DNA of 64,000 nucleotides from a virus (Duplodnaviria; Caudoviricetes), in IMG/VR virus record IMGVR_UViG_3300033066_001466, positions 1 to 64,000 of that record; one strand, given 5' to 3'. Positions 17,401-26,403 of this stretch are shown here, one piece after another (within the stretch, counting starts at the first letter, position 1; every line of letters begins with the position of its first letter). Under the pieces are notes generated by a model. That model ran no database searches and was not told the DNA's origin. It worked only from the letters and a program-made list of their open reading frames with translations. The position numbers and the translations under genes were made by a program.

Positions 17401-18808
17401 GAAACTGAAGGACGAAGCTGGGGAAAGTAGACTATTATCATCGGTTTTAAGACACGGTTTAGATGCTTATGTAGATATTGAAGGAATAGTTGTTGAAGAC
17501 ACGATGACTTGTGAACCAACTCAGATACTTTGGAAGTGTCTAGTGGCTTTTTTTGATGTAGAAGAAGTAAAGCCTACCCTGTCTTCAATTCTTAAGTATT
17601 CTAAATCCTTAGGCTATGACGTTTTTGACACTAAATCGGAGAAGGACTGGTTAATCTCCCTTTTTAATCTCCCCACCGAATTGCAGGATGCTAGAATATT
17701 GGGAGCAGAATTACGTAAGCTACAAGTAAAACGAGAATTGTATGGTCGCCTTGAGATAGCTGCTAACAAATTAATCGAAATTAATACCATAGAGCCGCTT
17801 TCAAAAATTATTTCATCGGTTGAAGAACCAATCGAAGAGTATTTGATGAAATTAGCATCTTCAGGCGACGAAGGAGAGTACCTTACTAAAGATGGAGATA
17901 TTTATTTAGAGAATTTGTTTGCCAATCCAAATAGTGTCATTGGATTCAAAAGTGGTTATCCTAAATATGATGATTATATTGGTGGGGCTTTAGAGCCTGA
18001 AACAATGCATATTGTTATGGCAAGGCCCAAGGTGGGTAAGTCAAGTTTGGCCCTTAATATGGCAATAAATGTAGCCAAGCAAGGCTATCATTCTATAATT
18101 GCAGATATTGAAATGAGTAAGCGTAAGTGGCTTAACCGATTTTTATCTAACTTGACCAAGATTAATATCCGAAAATTCAAGAATTCAAACTTTTCTGAAG
18201 AAGAAAAAGACAAGATTAGCGATGCTTATAAGACTATTGCTAACTATCCTATTCTTTATTTGAATATTAATGGTAAGTCTCTTGAAGAGGCCTGTTTTTG
18301 CGTTAAAAGATTACTAAATAAGAAGGTTGGTAAAAATTCCGCCGGAAAATACGATTGTTTGTTTCTGTATGACTACTTGAGAGTTAACGACACAGGAGAT
18401 TTGTCTCATGATATCAAGGAATACCAAGCTTTAGGTTTTCAGGCCATTAAATTAAAGAACTTTACTATTCAGATGAAGATTCCTAGTGTGGCTTTTACTC
18501 AGCAGAGTCGTGAAGGCAATGTTTCAGGCTCTGACAGAATTCTTTGGTTATGCGATAGTTTGGTTGAGTTTGCCAAAAAGACAGATGACGAAATAGCTGA
18601 GGATAGAGCGGCAGGCCTCAAGGGGTTCAACAGAAAAATGACACCAAGCGAAACAAGAGACGGCCCCGAAGTTGAAGATGGGTTATATCTAAATTATAGT
18701 TTTGATGGTGCAACCGCAACGATTACTGAGGGGCCGACTAATGCCGAACTTCGCAACAAACAGCCAAAAATCCAAACAACAGAAGCAGATAAACAGACCG
18801 CTTTCTAG
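17324..18808 (+). CDS. dnaB: DnaB-like replicative helicase (start uncertain)
   Basis: Walker A ARPKVGKS, DIEM, Walker B LYDYL, TQQSREG..SGSDRILWLCD. Confidence 0.85.
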   Translation: MSRAKYMGTNSVTHALTALDIGSQIEKLKDEAGESRLLSSVLRHGLDAYVDIEGIVVEDTMTCEPTQILWKCLVAFFDVEEVKPTLSSILKYSKSLGYDVFDTKSEKDWLISLFNLPTELQDARILGAELRKLQVKRELYGRLEIAANKLIEINTIEPLSKIISSVEEPIEEYLMKLASSGDEGEYLTKDGDIYLENLFANPNSVIGFKSGYPKYDDYIGGALEPETMHIVMARPKVGKSSLALNMAINVAKQGYHSIIADIEMSKRKWLNRFLSNLTKINIRKFKNSNFSEEEKDKISDAYKTIANYPILYLNINGKSLEEACFCVKRLLNKKVGKNSAGKYDCLFLYDYLRVNDTGDLSHDIKEYQALGFQAIKLKNFTIQMKIPSVAFTQQSREGNVSGSDRILWLCDSLVEFAKKTDDEIAEDRAAGLKGFNRKMTPSETRDGPEVEDGLYLNYSFDGATATITEGPTNAELRNKQPKIQTTEADKQTAF

Positions 18809-19838
18809 CGGTCAAGATAATCAGGCCTATCTTTATGGCCTAAATCTCGCCCTATGTAATAATTTTGACACAGTTCTTGATAGTCTTGGTATTGAAATGC
18901 AGTCATTTAATCGTTATAGAGCCTCAAAATGCCCAATCCATGATGGTGATAACCCTACTGCTTTAACCATTTATCCTGATTCTGAACCCTATGGATATTG
19001 GATTTGTAATACCAAAGGATGTCATAAACACTTCACTAAGAATGCTATAGGCTTCATTTGGGGCGTCCTATCGGCCCGTAAAGGCTGGAATACCCATAAT
19101 AGGCAGAAAACCCCCTTCGGCGAAATAGTCGAGCTTTGCAAGGGTCTGGTGGGCCATATTGAGATGCCTAAGATTGACCTTCGCGGCAAATTGTTGTCTG
19201 AGATTAGATTGCCTCGCGAAACAAAAAAGGGTGTAAGTAGGGATGTTATCCGAAATAAACTCAAAATCCCAGCAGAATACTTCTTAAGACCCGAAAATGG
19301 AGGATTCAAGGAAGAAACACTAGACTTTTTTGATGTTGGTATACCTCATTCACCAAAACAAGAAATGTATAATCGTGTAATTATCCCTATTTACGATGAA
19401 AACTACATATATCTTGGCTGCCAGGGTCGCGCTCTCGATAACAATCCAATTCGCTGGAAAAATTCAGAAAGTCTTAATGGGCTACTTGGAGAAATTCTTT
19501 ACAACTATCCGTTGGCTAAGTCGTCAATTCGTGATACAAAAGAAATTATATTGGTAGAAGGACCAAAAAGTGTTTGGCGATTAAATGAGGCCGGAATTCG
19601 TAATGTTGTTGGAATTCTTGGTAATTTTAAAAATGCCCAACAAATTAGCCTTGAAATGAGTGGAGCTTCTGTGATAAAATGTATGTTTGATAATGACCCT
19701 GCTGGGGAAGGATTTTATGAAACAGTACAGAAAAAGTGTAAACGACTCTTCCATGTTAGTAAAATTGAATATGGGGAGCCAAATAGTGACCCGGCCAACC
19801 TATCCGTAGAAGAAGTTAAGAGGATTTTCAACGTATGA
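18741..19838 (+). CDS. dnaG: DnaG-like primase (Zn finger + TOPRIM)
   Basis: CPIHDGDNP...WICNTKGC zinc finger; RVIIPI, GCQGR, LVEGPKSV, MFDNDPAG; GAGG RBS before ATG 18741. Confidence 0.85.
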   Translation: MPNFATNSQKSKQQKQINRPLSSGQDNQAYLYGLNLALCNNFDTVLDSLGIEMQSFNRYRASKCPIHDGDNPTALTIYPDSEPYGYWICNTKGCHKHFTKNAIGFIWGVLSARKGWNTHNRQKTPFGEIVELCKGLVGHIEMPKIDLRGKLLSEIRLPRETKKGVSRDVIRNKLKIPAEYFLRPENGGFKEETLDFFDVGIPHSPKQEMYNRVIIPIYDENYIYLGCQGRALDNNPIRWKNSESLNGLLGEILYNYPLAKSSIRDTKEIILVEGPKSVWRLNEAGIRNVVGILGNFKNAQQISLEMSGASVIKCMFDNDPAGEGFYETVQKKCKRLFHVSKIEYGEPNSDPANLSVEEVKRIFNV

Positions 19839-20455
19839 TTATATATTTTGTAGGAAAAAAAGGTAGCGGTAAAAGCACTTGTTCTCAGTGGCTAATCGAC
19901 AATCATAAATTCCAAAAATTAAGTTTCGCCAAGCCTCTTAAGGACAGTATTGCTAACTTATATAAAATTGATGTTACTCTCTTGGGTGACTTATCCTACA
20001 AAGAAGGTAAATTAGCTCAGCCTTGGCCCTGGAACCAAGAAAAACTAGACCAATTATGTGCTTTCTTTTGTATCAAAATTGAAACCAAAGCTATAGATAG
20101 AGTTTTTGAGACTCCCAGAGAAGCCATGCAATATATTGGCACTGATATTTTAAGAACTTATGACCCGAATTTTCATATAAATAGAGCTATTCCAATTATT
20201 TCAAACTATATGGGTCTTGGTATAAACGTTTGTCTTGATGACGTTCGCTTTATTAATGAAGTCACAGAACTAGATAATATTGGTGGTATTGGAATTTATA
20301 TCGAGAGGCCTGGACTACCATCTAATAGTCATATTTCAGAAAATGAGCTTGAAAAATGCATGTTTACGAGATTGTTACTAAATAATGGCACAAAAGAAGA
20401 ATTAATCGAAGATTTTAGAAGTATGCATTACAGACATATAACAAAAAAGGATTAA
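19835..20455 (+). CDS. deoxynucleoside monophosphate kinase
   Basis: P-loop GKKGSGKST, SFAKPLKD, TPREAMQYIGTDILR, DDVRFINE (T4 gp1-like). Confidence 0.85.
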   Translation: MIIYFVGKKGSGKSTCSQWLIDNHKFQKLSFAKPLKDSIANLYKIDVTLLGDLSYKEGKLAQPWPWNQEKLDQLCAFFCIKIETKAIDRVFETPREAMQYIGTDILRTYDPNFHINRAIPIISNYMGLGINVCLDDVRFINEVTELDNIGGIGIYIERPGLPSNSHISENELEKCMFTRLLLNNGTKEELIEDFRSMHYRHITKKD

Positions 20456-20715
20456 TGATGGCCGAAACTTATTATAAGCAATGTGAACTAGTGAAAAAAG
20501 ATGGAGTCTCTACTCTTTATCAAATCTCTTGGATTCCAGAAAAATTTGCTATTAAAGGCAAAGTCTTAAAACTTAAAGAGGGACAAAACTGGAATGACCA
20601 TTGGATTGTGTCTACAGTGAATGATATTCGTCGATTAGAAAAACATCTTCCTGACCCGCATATTGATATTAAGAGACACAGGAAAAATACTGGCGATAGT
20701 TTACCGAAAGAATAG
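20455..20715 (+). CDS. hypothetical protein
   Basis: 86-aa ORF coupled to the kinase stop. Confidence 0.65.
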   Translation: MMAETYYKQCELVKKDGVSTLYQISWIPEKFAIKGKVLKLKEGQNWNDHWIVSTVNDIRRLEKHLPDPHIDIKRHRKNTGDSLPKE

Positions 20716-20716
20716 T

Positions 20717-21772
20717 ATGTTGGTAACTCACTTAAGAAGTTCGATGTTAAGTTCGTTGGAATTTTGTCAACAAAAAGTTTTGATTTCCTACGTGATAGGA
20801 ATTAGAGAGAAGGCCAATCCTCGCGCAGATATGGGTTCAGCGGTTCACAAATCGTTAGAATTACTTGCTCTTCGTAAATTTGCGGAACAAAAAAAAGAAA
20901 AAATCATTGAAAATGAAGCTTTAGATAGGCCTTATGATACAAAAGAAATATCAGTAGATAAAGCATTCTCCTTGGGGTGGGAACATCAAAGAAAAATATC
21001 CCCCGAATTTTCGCAATGGACAGACGAAAAAGAAATAGATAAGTACCGAAAGATGTACAATTCCCTATTAAAGTATCAGGGGGGCATCTATAATCCGTTA
21101 AATCTTAACATTTATCAGCCAGAACAATTTTTTGAATTTGAGATTAAGAAACCGTGGGCCAAATACTCATACAATATTGCCGGAAAAGAACTGTCAGGAT
21201 ATCTTAAGCTTCGCGGCACTGTAGATTTAATTATAATTAATGAGGATGGAAGCTATTCAAGTCTTGATTATAAGACGGGCAAACGTGTAAATTGGGCCAA
21301 AGGAGAATGGTACAAACCAAAAATTAAAGAATATAATGACCTCAAAAATGATAAACAACTAATATTATACTATTATTCTTTGGTTCAAATTTTAAAAACG
21401 TATGATATCAGTTCGATTATTTATTATTTACAAGACGGTGGCCCCTATGAATTTGCTTTTGATGAATCAACTTATAAGTTAGCAGAAAGTATGATTCGAG
21501 ACGAGTTTAAGAAAATAAACGATATTCAGAAACCAACTCTTACTAAAAATTTAGGCAACTCCGCCGAAAATTTCTATAATAAAAGGAAATGCACTTGGTG
21601 CGACTATAATAAAATTCAACCAAAAATTAGCACAAAGAAAACGGTATGTGAGTTTTTTAGGTCAGAAATTGTAGATTTGGGGATGCAAAAAGTTTTAGAT
21701 AAGCATGTTAAGATAGAGAGTTTAGGAGCATATTCTGGAGGGGGGAGGGAGAAAATTGCAGAGGGTACATAG
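20717..21772 (+). CDS. Cas4/RecB-like PD-(D/E)XK exonuclease
   Basis: FC near N-terminus, GSAVH, RGTVDL, DYKTG, QLILY, C-terminal CTWC...C (Fe-S-type Cys pattern). Confidence 0.8.
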   Translation: MLVTHLRSSMLSSLEFCQQKVLISYVIGIREKANPRADMGSAVHKSLELLALRKFAEQKKEKIIENEALDRPYDTKEISVDKAFSLGWEHQRKISPEFSQWTDEKEIDKYRKMYNSLLKYQGGIYNPLNLNIYQPEQFFEFEIKKPWAKYSYNIAGKELSGYLKLRGTVDLIIINEDGSYSSLDYKTGKRVNWAKGEWYKPKIKEYNDLKNDKQLILYYYSLVQILKTYDISSIIYYLQDGGPYEFAFDESTYKLAESMIRDEFKKINDIQKPTLTKNLGNSAENFYNKRKCTWCDYNKIQPKISTKKTVCEFFRSEIVDLGMQKVLDKHVKIESLGAYSGGGREKIAEGT

Positions 21773-21775
21773 AGT

Positions 21776-21804
21776 CGGAGTATATAGTCTCTATAGGAGA
21801 CTAT
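21776..21804 (+). promoter_or_regulatory. CGGnGTATA motif plus RBS-sequestering hairpin
   Basis: CGGAGTATATA then ATAGTCTC-TATAG-GAGACTAT pairing over the AGGAG RBS. Confidence 0.7.
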
Positions 21805-21805
21805 T

Positions 21806-22507
21806 ATGCGAAAAAAGAAACCTGTTATTAGCGGTTGGCAAAAAGATTTTATCAGATTAGCTTTTCCATATCATTCTGCACAAGATATAGCTGATATTCT
21901 AGGTGTACAAAGACACATTGTTAGAGAATTTGCACAGCCTGAAAAATTACAAAAAGAATCTCCTTATCTTGAGAATGGAAGAAAAATAAATAAATTAACT
22001 GTTTTAGAATTATTACCGACTAGAGGTAAAAAGAATTTATTATATAAATGTCAATGCGATTGTGGGAAAATAGTTAATGTTAGAAGCTCTTTAATTAAGA
22101 AGGGCGGAACTAAAGCTTGTAATAGATGTTATGGAAAACAGTCTAGAATAGATTCATACGCATATAAAGATACTAATAAAGCAGTTTGGTCAAGAATGAT
22201 GTCACATGCTTATGAAAGAGGAATAGAATTTAATATCAAAATAGAAGATTTATATGAAATGTTAATAAAACAAGATAAAAAATGTAAATTCAGTGGTTTA
22301 CCAATAAGTTTAGATTGTAATTCTAATGGAGATAAAAGGACAGCATCTTTAGACAGAATAGATAAAAATAAACCATATGAAAAAGGAAATGTACAGTGGG
22401 TTCATAAAAAAATCAATTTCATGAAAAATTCACTATCTGACGAAGAATTTCTTGAGATGTGTAAACTTGTTGTAGAAAATCAGAATAAGGCCGAAAAAGA
22501 CAAATAA
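21806..22507 (+). CDS. HNH-like (SLDRID family) homing endonuclease
   Basis: YKCQCDCGK..CNRC; CKFSGLPI; ASLDRIDKNKPYEKGNVQWVHKKINFMK. Confidence 0.75.
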   Translation: MRKKKPVISGWQKDFIRLAFPYHSAQDIADILGVQRHIVREFAQPEKLQKESPYLENGRKINKLTVLELLPTRGKKNLLYKCQCDCGKIVNVRSSLIKKGGTKACNRCYGKQSRIDSYAYKDTNKAVWSRMMSHAYERGIEFNIKIEDLYEMLIKQDKKCKFSGLPISLDCNSNGDKRTASLDRIDKNKPYEKGNVQWVHKKINFMKNSLSDEEFLEMCKLVVENQNKAEKDK

Positions 22508-22512
22508 CGACA

Positions 22513-22541
22513 TTGACAGACTTCGATAGTTATGTTATAGT
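22513..22541 (+). promoter_or_regulatory. sigma70-type promoter for dut
   Basis: TTGACA-N17-TATAGT with extended -10 TG. Confidence 0.8.
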
Positions 22542-22576
22542 GAGCTTTCAAATTACAGGATAAAGGAACGAAAGAA

Positions 22577-23197
22577 ATGAGCAAGATTATTCTTCCCGAT
22601 GATATTAAACAAGCCGAATCAGTATTTCAGCAACAAGCTGCCGAAGAAGAAGCTGGGCAAGAAATGATGATTGGTCTCGTAAATATGTGTACCCAAAACG
22701 TAATAGCGAGCCTGTTAAATACTCCTTGTGGAATCGTTTATTATAACGATAAAGGGGAAGTTGTCGCAAAAGAAGATAGTATAGGGTTTGAGCCAGAAAG
22801 ACAGAACGAAAGAGATTCGGGCTGGGACTTAAAAGCGGCAGAAGATTTCACCCTAAAGGCTGGCGAACGATATACAACTGGCCTTAAAATTGGCGTTTTG
22901 ATGCCTATTCATATGGATATGTTTATTTTGCCCCGAAGCGGATTAGCTAATAAGTTTGGAATTACAGTTGTTAACTCGCCTGGCCTAGTTGACCAATCGT
23001 TTTTGGGCTATGAATTGAAGGTTATTCTACTAAATACTGGTAATAAAGACTGGGTAGTTAAAAGAGGTGACAGAATCGCTCAAGGAAGATTCCAACTTCG
23101 AGGCTCTAATATGCTATTTAAGGAATTCAAGGGAGATTTGAAGGATTTACAAGATAAAGTCAGCAGGAAGGGTGGAATTGGAAGCTCTGGCATTTAA
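22577..23197 (+). CDS. dut: trimeric dUTPase with N-terminal extension
   Basis: Motifs SGWDL, RSGLA, SPGLVD, GDRIAQ, RKGGIGSSG. Confidence 0.9.
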   Translation: MSKIILPDDIKQAESVFQQQAAEEEAGQEMMIGLVNMCTQNVIASLLNTPCGIVYYNDKGEVVAKEDSIGFEPERQNERDSGWDLKAAEDFTLKAGERYTTGLKIGVLMPIHMDMFILPRSGLANKFGITVVNSPGLVDQSFLGYELKVILLNTGNKDWVVKRGDRIAQGRFQLRGSNMLFKEFKGDLKDLQDKVSRKGGIGSSGI

Positions 23198-23210
23198 GAA
23201 AAAGAGGATT

Positions 23211-23240
23211 CGGCGTATACCTATAATAGGAGGTATATGC
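23211..23240 (+). promoter_or_regulatory. CGGnGTATA motif plus RBS-sequestering hairpin
   Basis: CGGCGTATACC; GCGTATACCT (23213-22) pairs with AGGTATATGC (23231-40), overlapping the AGGAGG RBS. Confidence 0.7.
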
Positions 23241-23241
23241 T

Positions 23242-23931
23242 ATGTTTTTTAAGACGTTTTTAAATGAAGAGAAAACAAAAGAATTCTTTGGATATTATCC
23301 AGTTGGACTATCTAGAGGTTCAAATAAAAAAGTGGTGTGTGAATGCACCAGTTGTAAAAAATTAATTATAAGGTCATATAAAAATTATCATATGGACCAT
23401 CAGTGTTCTGTAGTTAGAGATGGTAAAAAAAGATGTTTTAAATGCTTAGAATGGAAAGAATTTAAATTTTTTAATAAAAACTCTACTCTATCTGGTAAAG
23501 TTTCAAAAATGTGTAAGGAATGTTTTAGGAATTATAAGCCAGTAATAAAATATGAAGTTAGTAGGTCAACAAGATTGAGTTCTTCTCTTGATTCTGGAGA
23601 TATAGAATTTTATCTAAAGAGAAGAATTCCATGTTTAAAGTCAAATGCTAAAAAAAAGAAACTTGAATATGATTTAGACTATGAGTACTTACTAACACTA
23701 TGGAATAATCAGAAGGGAATATGTTATTATACTGGACTAGAAATGAAAAATGATATGAAACAAAAAAAATATCAAGCTTGGAACTCTCCATCGTTAGATA
23801 AATTAAACCCAAGTAAAGGCTATACAAAAGGTAATGTAGTTTGGTGTATAAGCTCTGTTAACTCTTTTAAACAATCATTGACAGAAGAACAATTTCTAGA
23901 AATGCTTAAACAAATAGTATGGAAACAATAG
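23242..23931 (+). CDS. HNH-like homing endonuclease (SLDKLN variant)
   Basis: CTSC, CFKC, CKEC zinc motifs; CYYTG; SPSLDKLNPSKGYTKGNVVWCISSVN. Confidence 0.7.
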   Translation: MFFKTFLNEEKTKEFFGYYPVGLSRGSNKKVVCECTSCKKLIIRSYKNYHMDHQCSVVRDGKKRCFKCLEWKEFKFFNKNSTLSGKVSKMCKECFRNYKPVIKYEVSRSTRLSSSLDSGDIEFYLKRRIPCLKSNAKKKKLEYDLDYEYLLTLWNNQKGICYYTGLEMKNDMKQKKYQAWNSPSLDKLNPSKGYTKGNVVWCISSVNSFKQSLTEEQFLEMLKQIVWKQ

Positions 23932-23938
23932 GAATATC

Positions 23939-25801
23939 ATGTCTTGGGTCAATCTTCACTCTAAGTCTACAGGCTCCTTACTCTCTGGGGCCTTAACTAT
24001 TGAAAATCTTGTAGCCCGAAATAAGACATTAGGCTACAAAAGTGTTTCCATAATGGACCACGGCTCAGTAAGTCTAGCCTATGAATTACAGTTGGAATGT
24101 AAAAAAGCTGGTCTAAAGCCAATTTTTGGTATTGAAGCATTCGTTTGTGAGCAAGATAGCCACATAATGGATGAGTCAAATAGGAAATTAACACGAATTG
24201 GAATTATATCCAAGAATTTGACGGGATGGAAGTCCTTATGTAAAGCTGTCAGTCAGAGCAATCGAAACCACTACAAAAAACCGAGACTTGCTCTCGATGA
24301 ATGGGCTGCTTATGCCGAAAATAACTGGATTATCATTACTGGATGGCCTGGAACACAAGCTCATGGATTATCGCCAGTAGATTTAGCCACCCATTTAGAT
24401 AGTTTAAAGGTTCTGTTTGGCCCCGAAAATGTATTTCTTGGCATTCAGGCTATCAGTGATACAAAAGAAAATATCAGTACGTTAAGAAAGACTGGCCAAA
24501 ATACAAATACACCTTGCGTAGCCATTGCAGATAGTTATTATGGTGAATCTGAGGATAGCTCTGACCAACGAGTTCTTCTTTGCTCATTACTGAAAACATC
24601 TTTGACGAAGGTTCGGGCTTTTTTAGACACTGAAGAAGCTAAAGATATAGGAGTGGCTCGATTTTTTGAATCAAACTCTTATTATATTCCCGAATTATCA
24701 GAGATTGAGGAACTACATAAGGGTTATGAGGACGAAATTAAAAATGCTTTAGTAATTGATTCCCTCTGTGAAACGTACTCATTGAGCAATAATCCTATTC
24801 TGCCGGAATTTCAAGTTGGACTAGACGCTTACGAAGAATTAACTAATCTTTGTAGGAAAGGATGGGCCGAATTACTCAATTTTAAGAAAAGCGACCCTCG
24901 CCACGACATTTATAGGGATAGAATTAAGGAAGAATTAAGAGTTATTAAAGGGGCAAATCTATCTAATTATTTTTTGATTGTAGCCGATATATGTAAGTTT
25001 GCTAGAGATAATGGAATTTTAATGGGAGCAGCGCGTGGAAGTTCAGGTGGATGCTTAATTTCCTATTTAGCTGGAATAACCAAAATTGACCCAATTCCGT
25101 ACAATTTGTTATTTGGTCGGTTTTTTGATGAATCTAGAAAAAATTCTTTGCCAGATATTGATTTAGATTTTCAGCCCTCAAAACGTGAAGAAGTAATTCA
25201 ATATATTAAATCTAAGTATGGCGAAGACTCAGTATGTAAGATTGCAACTTTTGGTAGATTACAAGGTCGTGGGGCTATTAAAGAAGTCTTACGTGTGCAT
25301 GAGGCTTGCGATTTTTCAACAATGAACGAAATAACCAAGTATATTCCTGACGAAGCAAAAATTGCAGACGAACTTCAAGAAATGTCAGAAGATGACCACG
25401 AAAATGCCAAAATTTTGTATTGGGCCGTAACAAATAATGCTAAACAGTTAGCTCCTTGGGTGAAACTTGAAAAGGACGGCTCTTATTCGGGCGAACTAGG
25501 TAAGTATTTTGCCCAAGCTATTAGAATGGAAGGTTTGTATCGTCAAATTGGTGAGCATGCTTCTGGAATTATTGTTACTCCAGGCAATGTTGATGATTAT
25601 TGTCCTTTGATTAAATCTAAACGTGGGATTATTGCAGGCATGCCATATCCAGACCTTGAAGCTATGGGATTAGCAAAAATTGATATCCTTGGCGTTAATG
25701 TTTTAGATAAATTAAAAATGATTTTATTAGCAGCAGAAACAGGCGACATTTATGGCGATATTGGAAATTGTGTCAACAACAACCCATCAAATATCATCTA
25801 A
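23939..25801 (+). CDS. dnaE: DNA polymerase III alpha (DnaE), N-terminal half: PHP + palm
   Basis: DHG, GIE, GAARGSSGG, DP....LLFGRF, PDIDLDF, HASG, KIDILG. Confidence 0.9.
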   Translation: MSWVNLHSKSTGSLLSGALTIENLVARNKTLGYKSVSIMDHGSVSLAYELQLECKKAGLKPIFGIEAFVCEQDSHIMDESNRKLTRIGIISKNLTGWKSLCKAVSQSNRNHYKKPRLALDEWAAYAENNWIIITGWPGTQAHGLSPVDLATHLDSLKVLFGPENVFLGIQAISDTKENISTLRKTGQNTNTPCVAIADSYYGESEDSSDQRVLLCSLLKTSLTKVRAFLDTEEAKDIGVARFFESNSYYIPELSEIEELHKGYEDEIKNALVIDSLCETYSLSNNPILPEFQVGLDAYEELTNLCRKGWAELLNFKKSDPRHDIYRDRIKEELRVIKGANLSNYFLIVADICKFARDNGILMGAARGSSGGCLISYLAGITKIDPIPYNLLFGRFFDESRKNSLPDIDLDFQPSKREEVIQYIKSKYGEDSVCKIATFGRLQGRGAIKEVLRVHEACDFSTMNEITKYIPDEAKIADELQEMSEDDHENAKILYWAVTNNAKQLAPWVKLEKDGSYSGELGKYFAQAIRMEGLYRQIGEHASGIIVTPGNVDDYCPLIKSKRGIIAGMPYPDLEAMGLAKIDILGVNVLDKLKMILLAAETGDIYGDIGNCVNNNPSNII

Positions 25802-26126
25802 ACGTATTTCTCAGATAATGGCCTCATTAGCCATCTCAAATAATCTTTATAAAATAGTCGATAAACCAACAGAATTAGTATATGTGCATTGCGGCAAATT
25901 GTCAAAGATGAAAAAATTAGAAGACAACATAGGAAAGGTCTTCCAAATTGGTGAAAGTCGTGCTATAATCATGTATCCTTTACAATACTTCATCAATAAG
26001 GGCGAAAGTTATATTGGTGGATTTCTTTATAGTTTGGAGATAGCAAAAAATGTCATGGTGGAGCAAAAAAGATGGGAATACTCAAACGGATACATCATCA
26101 GTAGTCCTAAAAGAGTTACAAACTAA
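25752..26126 (+). CDS. hypothetical protein between the dnaE halves
   Basis: 124-aa ORF with AGG RBS. Confidence 0.55.
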   Translation: MAILEIVSTTTHQISSKRISQIMASLAISNNLYKIVDKPTELVYVHCGKLSKMKKLEDNIGKVFQIGESRAIIMYPLQYFINKGESYIGGFLYSLEIAKNVMVEQKRWEYSNGYIISSPKRVTN

Positions 26127-26403
26127 GTTTAGCGAATTAGAAGATAAGCATAAGAAGTTACGTAAGAAGTATAAAAAAGTAACAGAAAATCTTGATATTA
26201 TCGACGAAGTCATTCATGGATATCTAGAGGAACAAGCTGTTGCTAAATTCTTATTGTTTGCAATTGCTGTTAAATGCGGCGGAAAGTTAGAACTCTGTAA
26301 CCATGATATTGAAACAGCTAAAAAATTAGAAGCAGAACATACATTAGATTTCGCCGAAGGCGAAGATTCGGTAATTTACTCTATTAAGAGATTGGAAAAA
26401 TAA
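26050..26403 (+). CDS. coiled-coil hypothetical protein between the dnaE halves
   Basis: 117-aa ORF with GGAG RBS. Confidence 0.6.
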   Translation: MSWWSKKDGNTQTDTSSVVLKELQTKFSELEDKHKKLRKKYKKVTENLDIIDEVIHGYLEEQAVAKFLLFAIAVKCGGKLELCNHDIETAKKLEAEHTLDFAEGEDSVIYSIKRLEK

